DNA of 56,761 bases, taken from contig NMRA01000002.1 of the NCBI GenBank assembly GCA_002633005.1, positions 2,741,365-2,798,125 of the forward strand, in the 5' to 3' direction. The DNA is from Phoronis australis. Lineage: Eukaryota; Animalia; Phoronida. Position numbers and translations under genes: made by a program. Shown one piece after another: positions 1-13,849 of this stretch. The notes beneath the pieces are model-generated. The model did not search any database. It was not told the origin of the DNA and saw only the letters and a program-made list of their open reading frames with translations. Positions within the stretch are counted from its first letter, which is position 1, and every line of letters begins with the position of its first letter.

Positions 1-1527
1 TGTCTCTTTACGTTTTTTAAATTTCACTGTTTACAATTAATTTACAATAGTAAAACGTGTAATGTGAGTGTAATATTGTTCAATACAATGGCACTGATGG
101 GACCATATTACTTGTTTTACAAAAAAGTCACCAAAACTGTTGTTTTTACAAATACAAGTTTACTAAGCTCTTTGGTGATTATTATGTAACTTCAAACTCA
201 AATTTCTCAAAAATGTGCAACTTTATATGTGGGAACTTTTTAGATTTTGAAAACACTCTAATAAATGGATTAAAAAACACCAAAATAAAATTGCCCCCCT
301 AAAGTACTCACAAAAACCATTTTCTAGAGGCCCTACAAAATCTAGCCCACCGACTATTAGTCAAACGAAAGTCGGAGCAAAAATGGAATGTTTCACCCTG
401 CAAGTGGTTTAGGTATGCTTTCTTCGACAAGTCGAGTCGGAACATTTGTGTACACGCTTCGATTAGTCGTATACGACAGCCAATTACAAAGTCGTACATG
501 AGCAATCGGAGTGTGTAAACAGGGCCTCAAAATACCTCCCGTGACCCTCTAAATCCGCTCCATGGCGTCTCCACGACTTCCGATTTGGAGTTAGACATTT
601 AACACCGTCAACAAGTGGAAGCAAATAATGTTATTTAGTTATTTAATGGACATTTCTTCTCTGTTTTAATGGTGAATTTCACCGCTGTTTACCTCTCAAT
701 GCTGAACTCTTAATCTAAGCGCTTTGGGGATTTCAGAAAATATCACCACGCTCAACCGATCTTGAATTGTTGCCGAACGAGACGACAACTTAAGTCATAG
801 GCAGTGAGTGCAATTACGCGTCATTTTCGAATTAGCACTTTTAAGTTGTTTTGCTAATAAACTTTGAAACGTTTTCTTGATTTGCTGATGGCTTCGATGT
901 TTTACAGAAAAATTATAGACATTGAATCCTCCAGTCACTCACTTAAATCAAGACCGGTGATTTTAGCAGTATATACTTTGTTATTTATCGTATGGGTTTA
1001 GTTTTATTTTAGTAGTAGGACGTAATGCATAATGCACGGTGCGTAATACGTTTAAATCGCTTTAGAAATAAAATAAAACATTTGTTTCATTGGGCGGTAC
1101 TTTGTGAAGCGAAAACGCATAATCCGTACTGCGTTTACTTGAAACGGGAAACGATTGAATATTCACAACGGAGTAATCCATTTACATCAGTGACGGGTTT
1201 CCAAATTGAAAATTCCAAGAAACTCAATTTAACGTGTCAGATTCCTACCCTCCGCACTTGGTAAAGGATAAGCTTATGCTTTCCCAAAAATTAAACGTCA
1301 ACTGCAGGTGGTAATCTGTGTTCGCACAGTGTCATCCAAACAAACCCTATAAAAGGCTAAGAGACAAGGTTTTGGCCAAATAACAGATATAAACAACAAC
1401 TTCCCTACCCAACCTTCTGAAATTAAATAATGCTCTGTAACTCCCCTCAACCTCAAATTTGGATCAAGTTTTAAAAAAATGCTTACTAAGTCTGCAAAAC
1501 GGGCAAGCGTGACCTACGCCATTTAGG

Positions 1528-1677
1528 CCAATGGCGGATTTAGGGGGGCAGCCCCCCCCCTAAAGTTCTACCAGATTCCATTTGGCAGTTCGGTGGTGCG
1601 AATGTCTGACAGGAAAAATCCTGGCTAATACTCTGCTCTGCTCCCCCCATTCTCAAAATCCTGGATCCGCCTACTGT
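1528..1677. mobile_element. Short MITE, GGCGGATTT...GGATCCGCC family
   Basis: Terminal inverted repeats (TIRs) (CAA/CAG)TGGCGGATTT and GGATCCGCC..CTG. The internal 'AAAATC(C/T)TGGCTAATACTCTG...CTCAAAATC(C/T)TGGATCCGCC' is shared with the copy at 33092-33183. Confidence 0.7.
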
Positions 1678-4600
1678 AGGCGACTAGTTACACGACAGCT
1701 ACAGGGAAAAATCACCAACCAAAACCATTATATAACCTACTGTATATTCGTCCAAAGACGACTTTTTGGAAGATGTTGACCTTAACGCCTTTCTCACAAC
1801 ACAAGGTCGTATTACAAAATTGACCGAGACCACGAGTAAAAGTTTCGATGGTCCCATGACAATTTTTGAGAATGAATGTGTCCTAGAAAAACGAAAAATA
1901 GCAAAACAGAAGCCCCTGACAGAGGGGTTCTTAGTGGAATTTTTATTTTTTTCTGGGGTGATTTGCCAGACTTTCGTATAAGGTCGTTTATAGCTTTCGA
2001 CACGGTCCCCTACCAGCCAGTCAAAATGGTTGTCATTCCTAATATAATGCCGGTGACGTGAACCTAGCGCTAGAGAATACTGAGTAACTGGAGTCCTGTC
2101 ACTTTGCTCAAGATATCTTACCTAATAGTTTCGGGTTATGTTGCTCGTTGTATTAAAAGTGTCATAGATTCCTTGATTGCCAAGAACTAAGTAGGTTTCA
2201 AAGGAGGAAGATAAATACTATATGTGAAATACCAGAACCATTTTTGACATTGTGAATTCCAGAGAAAGCCATTATACATTCCAACGCCGCTGCTATTGGC
2301 AGTCTTTGAAAAAGGGTTTTGATTCCGTCTCCGTGGAATTTTATTCAAAACGTTTTATTATTCTCATTGTTGAATCGCGGCGCTCGTCTTAAGTAGTGAG
2401 ATTAAAAATTGGAAACAAAGAATTCAGCATTTCACAGTAAGCAAAACACACACTGCTCAAGAAGGTCTCTTAATCCTCTTGACCATTTTCATAAATTTTC
2501 TGGACTTAAACCAAATATGGAAACAGACTCATTGTGTGTGGACTGGCGCCAAAAAAGTTTAGTAATTATCGTCTTTGCTCAAGTATTAATCTTTCTTAGC
2601 CGATGCCAAACTTTACCTTCTCGGAAATAGAACAAATTAATGAAATTGAACGAGAAAAAGTGACCGATTTTAGAAGACCATTTAATTCTCTTTTGCAGAA
2701 TGGCTGCAATTAACTATTTCTTGTTGTCGGAGCTAGTCCATACGCACCCTGCTTTGACATCGCCACCCAGACAATCGATTAAAGAGGCATGGAACGCTAG
2801 AACTGTTAATATTTTTTAAACAGATCATGGCAAATCTATTTCTTGGGGGATGCTAAGGTGAGAATTTCGAGAAAAATGCCAGATTCACTTTAATTCTTGA
2901 AACACAGACGAAATATAAACTTTTTCATCTCAATACAGCTTCAAATTATCCGACCATAATAATATACATGCTCGCATGCCTTCAAAGAAATCTTAATAGC
3001 TGCTGCTTGAAATCGCCATTGTTTTGTTTATATCAAAGGTTAAAAGTCACATTTCCATATAAGAGAAACATCTATGTCTCCCCATATCAAACAAGGAGAG
3101 GTGCTTTGCATTGTTGTAGAAAATCGCTTTTGAAATTCTAAGCTAAAGGAAAAATGCATTGACAGCAACAACCAATCTAAATTTTTACGACAAACAGTAA
3201 AAATACCTGGTGAACAATTTGACTTCTCTTTCAGTGGCTGAGAACCACTTTGAATAAATGCAATTGACTCTGTTTTTCACGTTCTTTGCGACTTAAAACG
3301 CCTTGAATAATTCAGGTTCTTATGACATGGCAAAGACGACAGTATAAAGTGAACTGAAATGTTACAAAGAAGTCGCAAAATGAATCCGTTATCAAGTTTC
3401 TTAAACAATCTTGGTTCTATAGACATATTACAACCACTGGTCGGTTTAGAACTGAGAATTGATGTTACATTACTCACTGAGCGGTTATAACGTTTTACAT
3501 TTTGACGGTAAATTTTATATGTGAGCAAAAATAACTACAAATTTACTCTGGTCTTGTGTATTTGACTACTTAAGCAGAATTTGGGACATTGAGAGGAATG
3601 TCACCTGTTCGGCAATAACAAACTATCTGTAAATGAGACAACAGTCTTCTATAAGAACTGGAACAATAAAGATATTACTTGTATCCTACAGTATTTGCTT
3701 GGCTTAGACGGATATTTTAGGTCTCACGAATAATTTTGTAACAGGCAAGGTTTTTGCCACTCTATAGTATTTTATCCCTAAACTTGTGTGCGAAATTTCG
3801 CATTTTAACTAAGATTGCAGAAATACGAAGTTTTCTATACGCCTTCTAATTATCCCCAAAGTATTAGCAAATATTGGATAAAAGGTATACATTCCTTCTT
3901 AATTGAAGACTTTAACAAAAAAACGATTAACGGAGTTTATGCTCGCTCAATTTTACTAATGATTCGAGATCATTTTTTTGGGAATTATCACATTTATGGC
4001 AAGACAAGAGGCAGAGAAATGTTATTCCTCCTATTGAAATGTTTACCGAGGATATATACTTTCTAATGGTAAATTTTTCGGATTCTGTGAATATGAAAAA
4101 ATCGGTAGCTGATGGTCCTGTTTGGCTCTTTCGTTTCTTTGAATATTGTCAAATGATAAAGTTGATGTCAGATCTCAATGTGCGTGTTTGGGTGTGCGTG
4201 CGTGTGTTTGTGTCACATAGTCATGCATTCCTTCACATGTTTTTGTTTGGATGTGTTATTACTGGAAGTGACAATTAAGAACCACAATGTTCAACTTGCA
4301 ACTTAATAAGTAACCGTTTTTAGTTGAACACTGCTTTTATCACTTACTGATACACCAACTCACTGTGCAGTTCACCGGGGTCAAAACAAAGATTGGTTGA
4401 AATCACTAGAGCAAGGTTTAGCCTCCACTTAATACGTCTGTATCCGGCATCAGGCATTATGCATTATGCACTTAAGGAAAGCGGACTAATAAGACTGACA
4501 CAGCGGGGTTGGAGTTTCTATTTGCTGAGGCTATCTCGGAAAACCCTTTGCTCGCTGATAATGTCTCTTAAAAACGAACGCTCACATAGGCGCCCGATCT

Positions 4601-4990
4601 CAATTTAAAATGCCAATATTCATCTAATCACATGCCAATGAGCCTAACTACAAATCAACTCGCTAATTAACAGGAATGAAGGCTTCTCACGGTAAGGTCA
4701 GAGGTCAGGCGTTCTCACACGTGCTGCCACCTGTATAGATCCACCTGTTTTGGAATTTCCAAAGTTTTCGAAGAAATTCGCAATGTTCTACATTAACTGT
4801 TGTATACGAAACTTATCTGGCTGATAACATAAACATCTTCTGTTTCACGCTCGCGTTTTTCACAAGAATTCTAGTCAAACTAAGCCTAAGTAATCTGCCG
4901 TTTAAGAACATCCCTAAAAACCCATTCACTCGAGTGGTTGCACCTTGTCCCCATGCCCTATGCAAATTCGTTCCAATCAACTAACCCAAC

Positions 4991-5118
4991 TGACCTATCT
5001 CCAGGATTTTGAGTGACGGCTTAATTGACCAATCAGAACGCAGCATTCTCGACACACCTTAATTCATTTCCAAGCCGCCATTTTACTCGACAAACAACAC
5101 GTTGCCGGGTAAAACTTA
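4991..5118 (+). repeat. Repeat arm, inverted copy of 8629-8758
   Basis: Reverse-complement similarity including a perfect 24-mer GACGGCTTAATTGACCAATCAGAA and CCAAGCCGCCATTTTAC. Confidence 0.8.
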
Positions 5119-8100
5119 TCGTTTGTTAGCCGACATTAGGCAACGGAGCAGAGCTTGCGACAGGCCAATTAACGAGACACGCAGCAGCTTTCCGCGTCCA
5201 AATCCGTGCACAAGGATGTTGCGTGTGTTGTCGGTAAGCTAGAAGTGTTACGTAGTTCGTGAATTGATCCATTCAATAGCAAATGCACTGTATTTTGTTT
5301 TATTGGGCATTTCAGTTCCACAGGTAGGGTTAAAGTTTCGCTAGCCGAACTGTATTCTACGAGATTTCTAACTCACAGAAAGGTTACATATCTACACACG
5401 ATAAGAAGGCAGATCTGCCGTCTAACTTGGCGTTGGACGTTAAAACGTTTGACAAGAGTTTACAGTGTACATGTGAATTTCAGTTAGATGTCGGATCACA
5501 CGTTTGATTAGCCAGTCAGCTAACTGTACAAATGTATGTAGATTAGCGTCAACAGACACATTATTTTTTTTGTTTTGTAACAAGGCCATTACCAGCAATA
5601 TTGAAACCGTGAACTGCGCATGCGCGAAAATCATTCAGTTAGCCCCTACCAGGATACATGGGATTCGCAGAAAACACGGCGTGGAGCTCTTATTTATGAA
5701 CCAATCACATTTGCCGATAGCACATAACATCATAGATAAGTACTTTATTAAAAAGGTGGCCAACTTTCATAAAAATTGGAAGAAATTTTAGGTTTAACAT
5801 GGTATGATCAAAGTTTCGGCTTATTTTGTCGCTTCGATCAGTGAAATCGCCGAAAGTGCATGTGAGAAAACGACAATTTTCGACCGAACCTTTCATGTGC
5901 GGTTAGTTGCCGATAGACCCAACATATGTCAGTACAATCAAGATTGGAAATGTAGGAGTTTGAAGAAAATTAGACGAAAATTATATTTAACATGGGGAGG
6001 CCTAAAATTGCCAATTTTGGCCTTTTGATATCAGTTTAGTTTATCATACACTATCATCAGTGGGTCTAGTTAATTCGAAGTTTTTGGTTAAATCACTGAT
6101 AGTGTTCTCACCAGTATACTAATGAACGTTTGCTTTAAATATAACACTTTGATTACAATACTCTTAGAAGTGCGTGCAGCCCGCGATTGGTCCTTGACCG
6201 GCCTATGGGAGCCAAAATTAGGCACTAGTATACCAAAGTAACTTCGTTAGGAAAACTCAAATACCTGAGCTGTTTATGATCCACTTCGCAGAAAAATGTT
6301 TTTGTACCTAATATTAATTTGTTTTAGAGTATTGCGGGCATGGTTTCAAATTGAAAGGAGTCATCACAAGTTGAATTTTTGAGAATTGTACTGTTGCATT
6401 GCGAAAAACTAGTCGACTCAGATAGTGCGAGATAAGGCAATTAACGGGTAAAAAGGACCACTTAGACTTGCTTACGATTGGCCAGACATCTTTATAGATA
6501 TGTTTTGTCTTTCCTTTTTAACGGAATAAATTTGAACTTTTGGTAATTTTGGGCTACTATGCGCCACAAAATCAAGAACAACCTCTCTGATGCTTCAGCT
6601 CCATTATAGGCCTTCACGCGGAATGTGAAGCGCTGACTGGTCCATAACCGATGACCTCATAGTTTACACAGAGAACCTGGCGGATGACCTAGTTTACGTA
6701 TTGATCTATCGTAAGCTCCGCCCCTATGCGAAAAGTCACGTGATACCCGACAATCGAACGAGATGTCAGAGGCAAATACACTGTCGTTAAACGACAGATC
6801 CTGGTGGAATCGATGAGTGTTTTTGCACTATTTGAAGACGCTTCGACAGAGAATCGTACGTTCATGATATGGGAATTTGTTAAGGTGACGATGAAAAAAT
6901 AAGTGCTCGAGGAGCCAGCGAAAATCCGAAGAACCCCTCGTCCTCGGGGTTCACCTTCACCTGACAAATGACAAGGCCACTGATACGATATGTTCATGTA
7001 AAGCTGGGTATCTACCTTAAAGTCCAATTACCTGTACGATTCCATAGATTTCATGATCTTTCGAATAAAATCAGTGAAGATTTACCGATATTTTTATTCT
7101 GTCGTCTGCTAAATTTCGCCAAATGAAAAGTAGGTCACAATTGGTGGGACTCCTGGAGTAAAGTTGGTCACAGATTACAGACAACACATGCACTATAGCC
7201 TCTGACTAGGTCGACTCGATAGCACTGTTTACGCTTTTCTGATCTTGTAGCGAAATATTTTGATCAAAAAATTCTGGTTCATAGCTCAGGTACACACTCA
7301 TCTCGTCTTAGGCAAACATTTAGCTCCGGTAGGTCTAGGGCTGTGTCTAATTCAAATTAATGACTGGAATTCAGTGGCGGATCTAGGATACCACAAGGGG
7401 GGCCCAACATGTTGCCTCGTGGAATTGGGTAAAGTGCGATTGTATGTGCACAGGCGGCCCGAAAGTTGCAGGAACCGGGGATGTAGACCTTTGGACCTTC
7501 TGTTCAGAAAATCTATCGATGGACAAAAAAAAAACAGGAACACGATTCCGCCGCTATCTGGCCGGGGTCTGAGCCCTCCTCTTCAGCTACCGATCCTAGT
7601 TATTGAATTCAATATTTCCTCACGCTTCACGCTCTTGCTGTTTCATTTTGTTTGCGGCAGCCAAGGGGGGGGGGCTGTCCTCCCCCGTATAATCCGTCTA
7701 TGGAATTGTCCATTTGCACCATTAAGACATTTAAGTTAGGCCTACCTTCTGATGAACTTGGCATTGTTTTGTAGTTTCATTCCATAAAGGTAGCTTTCAT
7801 TTAATTTTGAAGGTAGCAAGATCACTAAGTCGTGATATGGTTCGAAAAAATCACAAGTACGTCTGGTGTGGTAGTTGCAAAAATATGGTATTTACCAAAA
7901 TAACTCAAATTCTTTTTTAAAGCTTCATAAATCTAAATATCGTGTTTGAACAACTTCAAAATGAGCTCCCTCTAACTCTACAGACATAGTGTATACTAGA
8001 GGTACACGTCAAAAAGTAATTCAACAGTTTGTATTTAGTGACAAAAGCTCGACCAAGGCTTTGAGTTCTAGCAGTAATCCAGTGCCCCTCCCTGTCCCGA

Positions 8101-8429
8101 TCGAATTTTTACCGGGAGAGAAGTTCAGTTGAACGCCGGCCAGCCTACGGGTTTATGAATAACAAAAATGTACTTCTTATACGAAACAAAATAATGTCCA
8201 TTAGGTTGAAATAAATAAAAAAACATAAAATAAAAATGTCCCTGAAAACAATTTCCGGGGACTACCGCTAGAGTGCTGAGATCCAGCAGGTGCCGAGACA
8301 AAGGCGGCCAGACGTAATAAACTCGGGAGTCAAAATCTGAGATAGCCCTGCACCATAGCCGCCAAGCTGAAAAGTGCGTATCTTGGAACTAAAATAGTGT
8401 TTATTATAGCCTTCGAGTTATCAAGCAAC

Positions 8430-8835
8430 ATCGCTAAGTTCAGCTGCTCGTGTGGCCGTACAGTTTGAAACGGTTTACGCTTTTCCACCTCATTTTTCGG
8501 CTTAGGACATGCCAAAAAAGTGACGGGATATTATTCTGGAGCAGCGTAAAAGCTGTCGGTGCTACACACGCCATATCAACACCGTTTCACCGTTCTTAGC
8601 GGACAATTTCTTGAGCTATAGACTAAAGTAAGTTTTACTCCACTACGTGTGGTTTGTCGGGTAAAATGGCGGCTTGGAAACGCAGACGAAGGTGTGCCAA
8701 GAATCCTGCTTTCTGATTGGTCAATTAAGCCGTCCGTCATAATCCTGGCGATAGGTCAATTGCTGGTAATGTGTGCCCGGCCTGCATTCTGATCAGACGG
8801 CATGTGAGCGCTATGACTGAAAGGTCCCTTAAACT
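8430..8835 (-). mobile_element. DNA transposon end with degenerate THAP-domain N-terminus
   Basis: The minus strand reads (T)VKRC*YGVCSTDS...TFLACPKPKNEVEK...RPHEQLN, which matches my recollection of the 'MVKRCAWGTCNTD...FPKPK..EKC..W...CGRPHEQLN' THAP type of invertebrate transposons. The upstream end reads TTAAGGGACC. Confidence 0.55.
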
Positions 8836-10159
8836 TCTTCAAATGAAAAATAATGTTTCCGGTCACCATGGTACATTGCATTATCGGGCGTGGTCAACTG
8901 ATAAACATCTTATTGTTTTCTTATGGAATTTTTTTTATGGCAATGAAGCTAAACTAGCTCACAATTTCAGTCTGGATTTTTAGGCCACGTCATCGTAACT
9001 CATATTATTAAATGAAAAGGAAATGGCTCGAGCATTTAAACTAGCCATGTGCAGGGCTAGTGAAGAAAGCTGTGCAGGTAGGCCTAATAATGTGCTAGGC
9101 TGGCTTGTGATTGATCTAAAACAAACCCGTCTTTCGTCAGAAAGCTAACTTTTGATTTACACTGTGTGCATGCACGCGCAGCAACGCGTGATGTAGCAAC
9201 ACCCGGGGTCATAATGAAAAGGGCACAAACATTCGTTAAAACATGTTCTATTCTTAGATTAGACGTGGTTCTGGACATGGTAATCACTTCTCTTCTGGAT
9301 AAGGAACAAGCCGAGACCACCACAACAGTAAGTGCATGGTTTAAATAAAATAGTAATTTGTTGACTGAAGGAAGGTTTATATCAGTTTTGAATAACACGA
9401 ATTACAAACACTGGTGCTGTCACAAAACTCTTGGAACCACTAACGGTGCGTTTTGAGTTTGTGGCTCTGAAGACTGACCGACTTAAGCGCTTCGTTTGCA
9501 CGTATGACCTCTTTGAAGACACTCTTTCTTTTACATTCGCCAATTTAGACCACAGCATGAGCTTGGTCAGTCGAAAGATGTCTCTAAAATTTAAACATTT
9601 GTTAACTTTCAGCCCTGTTTGTGTTTGCCTTAACTTGCTATTAATTTTTGTAAAGTTTTTAAAAAGTGGACGTGGTTTCCGCGGAAACTCCATTAATTTT
9701 GGCGGCAGATGTATAGTGAGTACCCACAACGCATGAGCCAACTGTGTGACTCACTACCGCGGCCATTTAAGGGATATCTTGCATTAAAATCCGTTTTATG
9801 AAAATTTTGAATGAAAAAGAAGGGGAGCTCATTGATTCGAATGACGCATCGTCTGGTTGCAGGACTTGCGTTGTGACACTACTTTCAGTCCTTTTTAGCA
9901 TAAAACATGTAACCACCGAATGCATGATGGCAAACGTCTCCATTATAGTCGGACACTAAATGGTACCAATCGATGCAAAAACGGTAACATGGCTGTAGGC
10001 CTACGTTTATCAAACGATTTCAGAGTGTTGCGCGGTAACATATTTTGGTTTATCGCATCAAATCACATTTCAGAACTTTATATCAGTTAGAAGTGTTATT
10101 GTTGAATGTTAAACTAAGGTCATCGGCGATGCTTCGACTTTGAGTGACTACTCGATCCT

Positions 10160-10470
10160 TAAAGTGCCTTCAAGATAAAGTGTGGCGTATACCTGATTTC
10201 CGGCTCTTTGCTGACCAGGTAAACACAGCTGGTGGATATTGTTGCTATAGCAACGTGGAGTGTAGTGTTTTCCGCGAACTGTTGGCTCTTCGCAGCAGAT
10301 CGTCTTAATTGCTTGTTTCCATTTTAGTGTAGTTCTTTTCCTACATTGTTTAACCAAAATCACCTCTGTTTCCCGAAAGTTTTAGATATTTGTATGTCTG
10401 TGAGCCTTTTAGATGGAACGTTTTAATTGGTAAAGCCGTTAAAATGTTGACGTTGTTGGACAATTATTTT
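10160..10470 (-). pseudogene. Degenerate THAP-like domain (transposon remnant)
   Basis: 'LKWKQAI...GKHYTP.CYS.....L...G.....N.V.ATLYL' resembles the THAP pattern W..AI...W.P...R.CS.HF..G.....P.PTL.L; key residues are lost. Confidence 0.4.
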
Positions 10471-10503
10471 GGAAATAAAGTGCCTGTTTTGCGTCGTCCA
10501 GTG

Positions 10504-10905
10504 CCCGGTTACAGTCCCAAATAGGGACTCAACTAAGTTCCCTAAATTTGCTGCATATTTGTGGACCTGTGAAGACATTGATTGCCCTTTCTTGTATTGT
10601 TTTAGTTTTATTATTAAGTCAACTTTTGGCTTTGATACAAATCGAGAGTGAACTCTATATTGAATTGCCAATATTATCGGAAATAATTAGGGATCCTTTC
10701 ATGCAACACCCCCAATTTAAGGACTGAGTCCCTATTTATTTTCAATGAACTCAGGGCTCAGTTTTTAGTTACATCATTAGAAATAGTCATTAATCAAAGA
10801 GGAGCTCATGATAAAGATGAAATGGTAGGAAAATATTGCATCTGTATTTACATAAAGACACAAATACGCAGAAAGACTTAGGGACCTTAGTTGAGTCCCA
10901 ACCGG
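10504..10905. mobile_element. MITE, AGTCCCAAATAGGGACTCAACTAAG TIR family (copy 1)
   Basis: TIRs CCGGTT..AGTCCCAAATAGGGACTCAACTAAG and CTTAGTTGAGTCCCAACCGG. Colinear over about 400 bp with 44072-44502. Confidence 0.85.
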
Positions 10906-11889
10906 CCACAGAAATCAGAAGACGTAATGCTCACGTCTATTATAGCGCATCTTATTTTGTGAATGGATCACTAAATTGCTTGCAAACTAAGATAGGCTAA
11001 TCAATCTTATATTGATATCAATTTCACTGAGAATTCGTGAGAACAAACAGACATCATGAGTCTATAATTTGAAAAGAAACAGATACGCTGAAAAAGGAAA
11101 ACTTGTAGAGAATTGGGCTTGACTAATATTCAGGATTTCGTTGCATATCGCGTTTACTCGTCGACGCTCTCAAGAATAGACAGGACGCAAGTCTGTCACA
11201 AGCTCTCCTTGAGTCACTGACCCAACTTATGCAGGTGACACTCTTCATTCAAAAGATGATAAAGAACTTCAAGAGTGGCGACGTTGCTCAGCCACTTCTT
11301 TACTCGATGTCCAAGATGGTCTCGAGTTGCGTCAATCTGCAAATTCTCACGATTGGTGGTCGTCATTCGACTTAAGATAATTTTTTAAAAATTTTAATGT
11401 GTTTTCAAAAAAATCCATCAAGAATTCACAACTGATGACAGTGCTCGACACATTTGACGAGTTTTCAAACAGGAGACATTTAGGCACAGGTTTACGCCCA
11501 GAAAACGCAAACCTCGTTGACGAACAAACTGAACTAAAGAATCGCTACCACCATTCTTTCTAAACTGAACATGTCATATTAATTTAAGAAAGTGCTTTAT
11601 ACGGTTTGTTTCCTCAAAGCCATGCTGCGACTGTTGACAACATAGATTTGTAACTTTTGATTTTGAGGTGATACGATAGGCTGTTTACGTTTACCCTTTT
11701 AAACAGATTGTTCCATGTGACAGACTAAATTGGCAGAAATGAGCTATTTAATGAATCTTTGAACGCCAATCGTTTATTTAACCATCAAATTTTGAGAAAA
11801 GAATGTAGGCTAATGGTGACATATTTGCTTGGTGCCGTGTAATTCCGTCTATTAAAGCAAGATTGTGCAGTTCTTCCCGCCGTTTATTA

Positions 11890-12230
11890 GAGGAGACATT
11901 GTGGCTCAGCTATTTGAGCTACGGACTCCCGTTTGGGGGCCCGGGTTCGAATCCTGGATTTACTGGCTGACCAGCGAGCATTGCACAAAGGTGCCTCCTA
12001 CTCCTCTGAGCTCGGTCTTTCTAGTGAATGTATGCAATGAAGTAAATGCGAGCCTGGATATATTGCGAAAGCGATTCCCGGGGCTGCGCTCATATTTAAA
12101 AGATTCCCGTTTATTCTCCCCATCGTCAACGGAGAAGCTAATTTGATCGCTCGGTACTTAAGTGTGCCAGCGGCTTGACTGTTCACCCGTGCAATGCATG
12201 AGCCTAATAGTAACGATGCTATGCGTGTAA
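11890..12230 (+). mobile_element. tRNA-derived SINE (degenerate)
   Basis: Pol III A-box-like TGGCTCAGCT at about 11902 and a perfect B box GGTTCGAATCC at 11944-11954 with tRNA-like spacing, followed by a non-tRNA body. The 3' boundary is approximate. Confidence 0.6.
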
Positions 12231-13849
12231 TTATTGCCCGTTCACACTTCAGGAACTTACACCACTTAATGACGAGAATTCAATACTGACCAAGGCTTGT
12301 TCTAGAACGACCTAGATTAACGGTTGCAAAAGACACTACTGCGTGAGTTGATTTTACTTCCAACTCATTCGTTTTTGTCGACAGTGTGGTTAATTAACAA
12401 TGAACTTGTGTTTCTTTGATTGCACAGATGACTACATTGGAGATCTGTGTAAAAAGTTCAAAGGGTACTAAATTCTGTTTTAACCTTGGTAGATCATACA
12501 TGTACTATTTGGTCTAACTAATTACTATTATTTTTTAATTGACTTATGCAATCGACATTTAGTGAGTGGGTCCAATGGCTCCAAACAAGGTTTTGTTCAA
12601 CAGGGCCATTTTTCGTGTTTTTGTCATTTTTAACAAACAAGAAGGAAACTGCGTCGCTGAAAGAATTTTTATCTCCCATTACTTCAATTTAAAAGTGACA
12701 TTGAGAGGGGCAAAGTCAATTCCATTATCTAATTACTATTATTTTAATTAATGCACTAAATCGAACTTTTCCGTCCAACACGTTGAAGGCACGAAAAGTT
12801 GAGTTATGAAAACTGAACGTGTCATTTTGAACCGCACATCGTATTTGGTACTAACAGCAAGATATCAATAATGCATCAAAGATTGTAAATAATTGAACTG
12901 TCATTATTTGGATCAAATCATATTAAAGAAAATGTCGCGGACGGAATTTTTAGATCTGCAAGTACAGCTGTAATTAATAATAATCAGAACTGAATGATTC
13001 CTTATCTTTCTTCTATGCAATTCCATTCTCAACATGGGAGCAGTGTTCATCACAAAACCACTAAGACCACATAATTATTTTCACGTTAAACAGAGTTGAA
13101 AGAAAACATTACTTTCTTACGCATTTATTAGTGCAGTTTTCCCTGCCTTCTGATTAACTGATTTCCTTATTACGGTTATAAATAATAATTTTATTGCTGT
13201 TAAAAAGACCAGTCCCACTAACGTCGAGGCTTTGTTGTTTATGGGAGCGTCGTTCAGTCTCCATTGAAGTCATCGGCTGGGGTAATTGATGTGACCATGA
13301 TGAACTTTGTTTCTTCCCTCTCCCTGCTTTGTAGAGGTGCAAGTTGAGTATGGGAACGAGCCATTGGTTGAGTTGTATTACGTCACCTTGCGATAACTTC
13401 GATGACAATAACGTCACCTAGCTAGAATTTAGATGTCTGCTAATTATGGAAGCTAATGGAAAAGTTTAAGTTAACTTCACAGTTTTCATATATGTCGACG
13501 CTTCGCTAGTACAGGATGTAACTTGATGGGAAAATGTTACTGTCATTATTCCTGTCTTCTGATAGGCTACAGAATTATTAGTTTCGTGAGTCATGACAGT
13601 AATAACTAGGATTTGTATCGCACTAGGCCAGCAATAAACCTGGACAACACCCGTAAAGGTTCTTGGTTTGCGAAACAATGCCATTAACGGTACAGACCAA
13701 AAGCGGATTTAGCTTGTTCAGAAAAAAGGATCTAAGTAAACGGCATATTTGGAAACAAAAATTATATTAGAAACACTTTATACAGTATGTAACCTCAGCC
13801 ACTGATTATTAGTGGGGCACAAAAAAGATTGAAGCATCCAATCCAAAGT

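Noticed and set aside
7260-7739. 159-aa ORF
   Set aside because: Non-ATG start, runs through GC-rich MITE fragments and has no recognisable domain.
11895-11965. Functional tRNA gene
   Set aside because: No convincing acceptor stem or cloverleaf and no T-run terminator; it fits a SINE head better.
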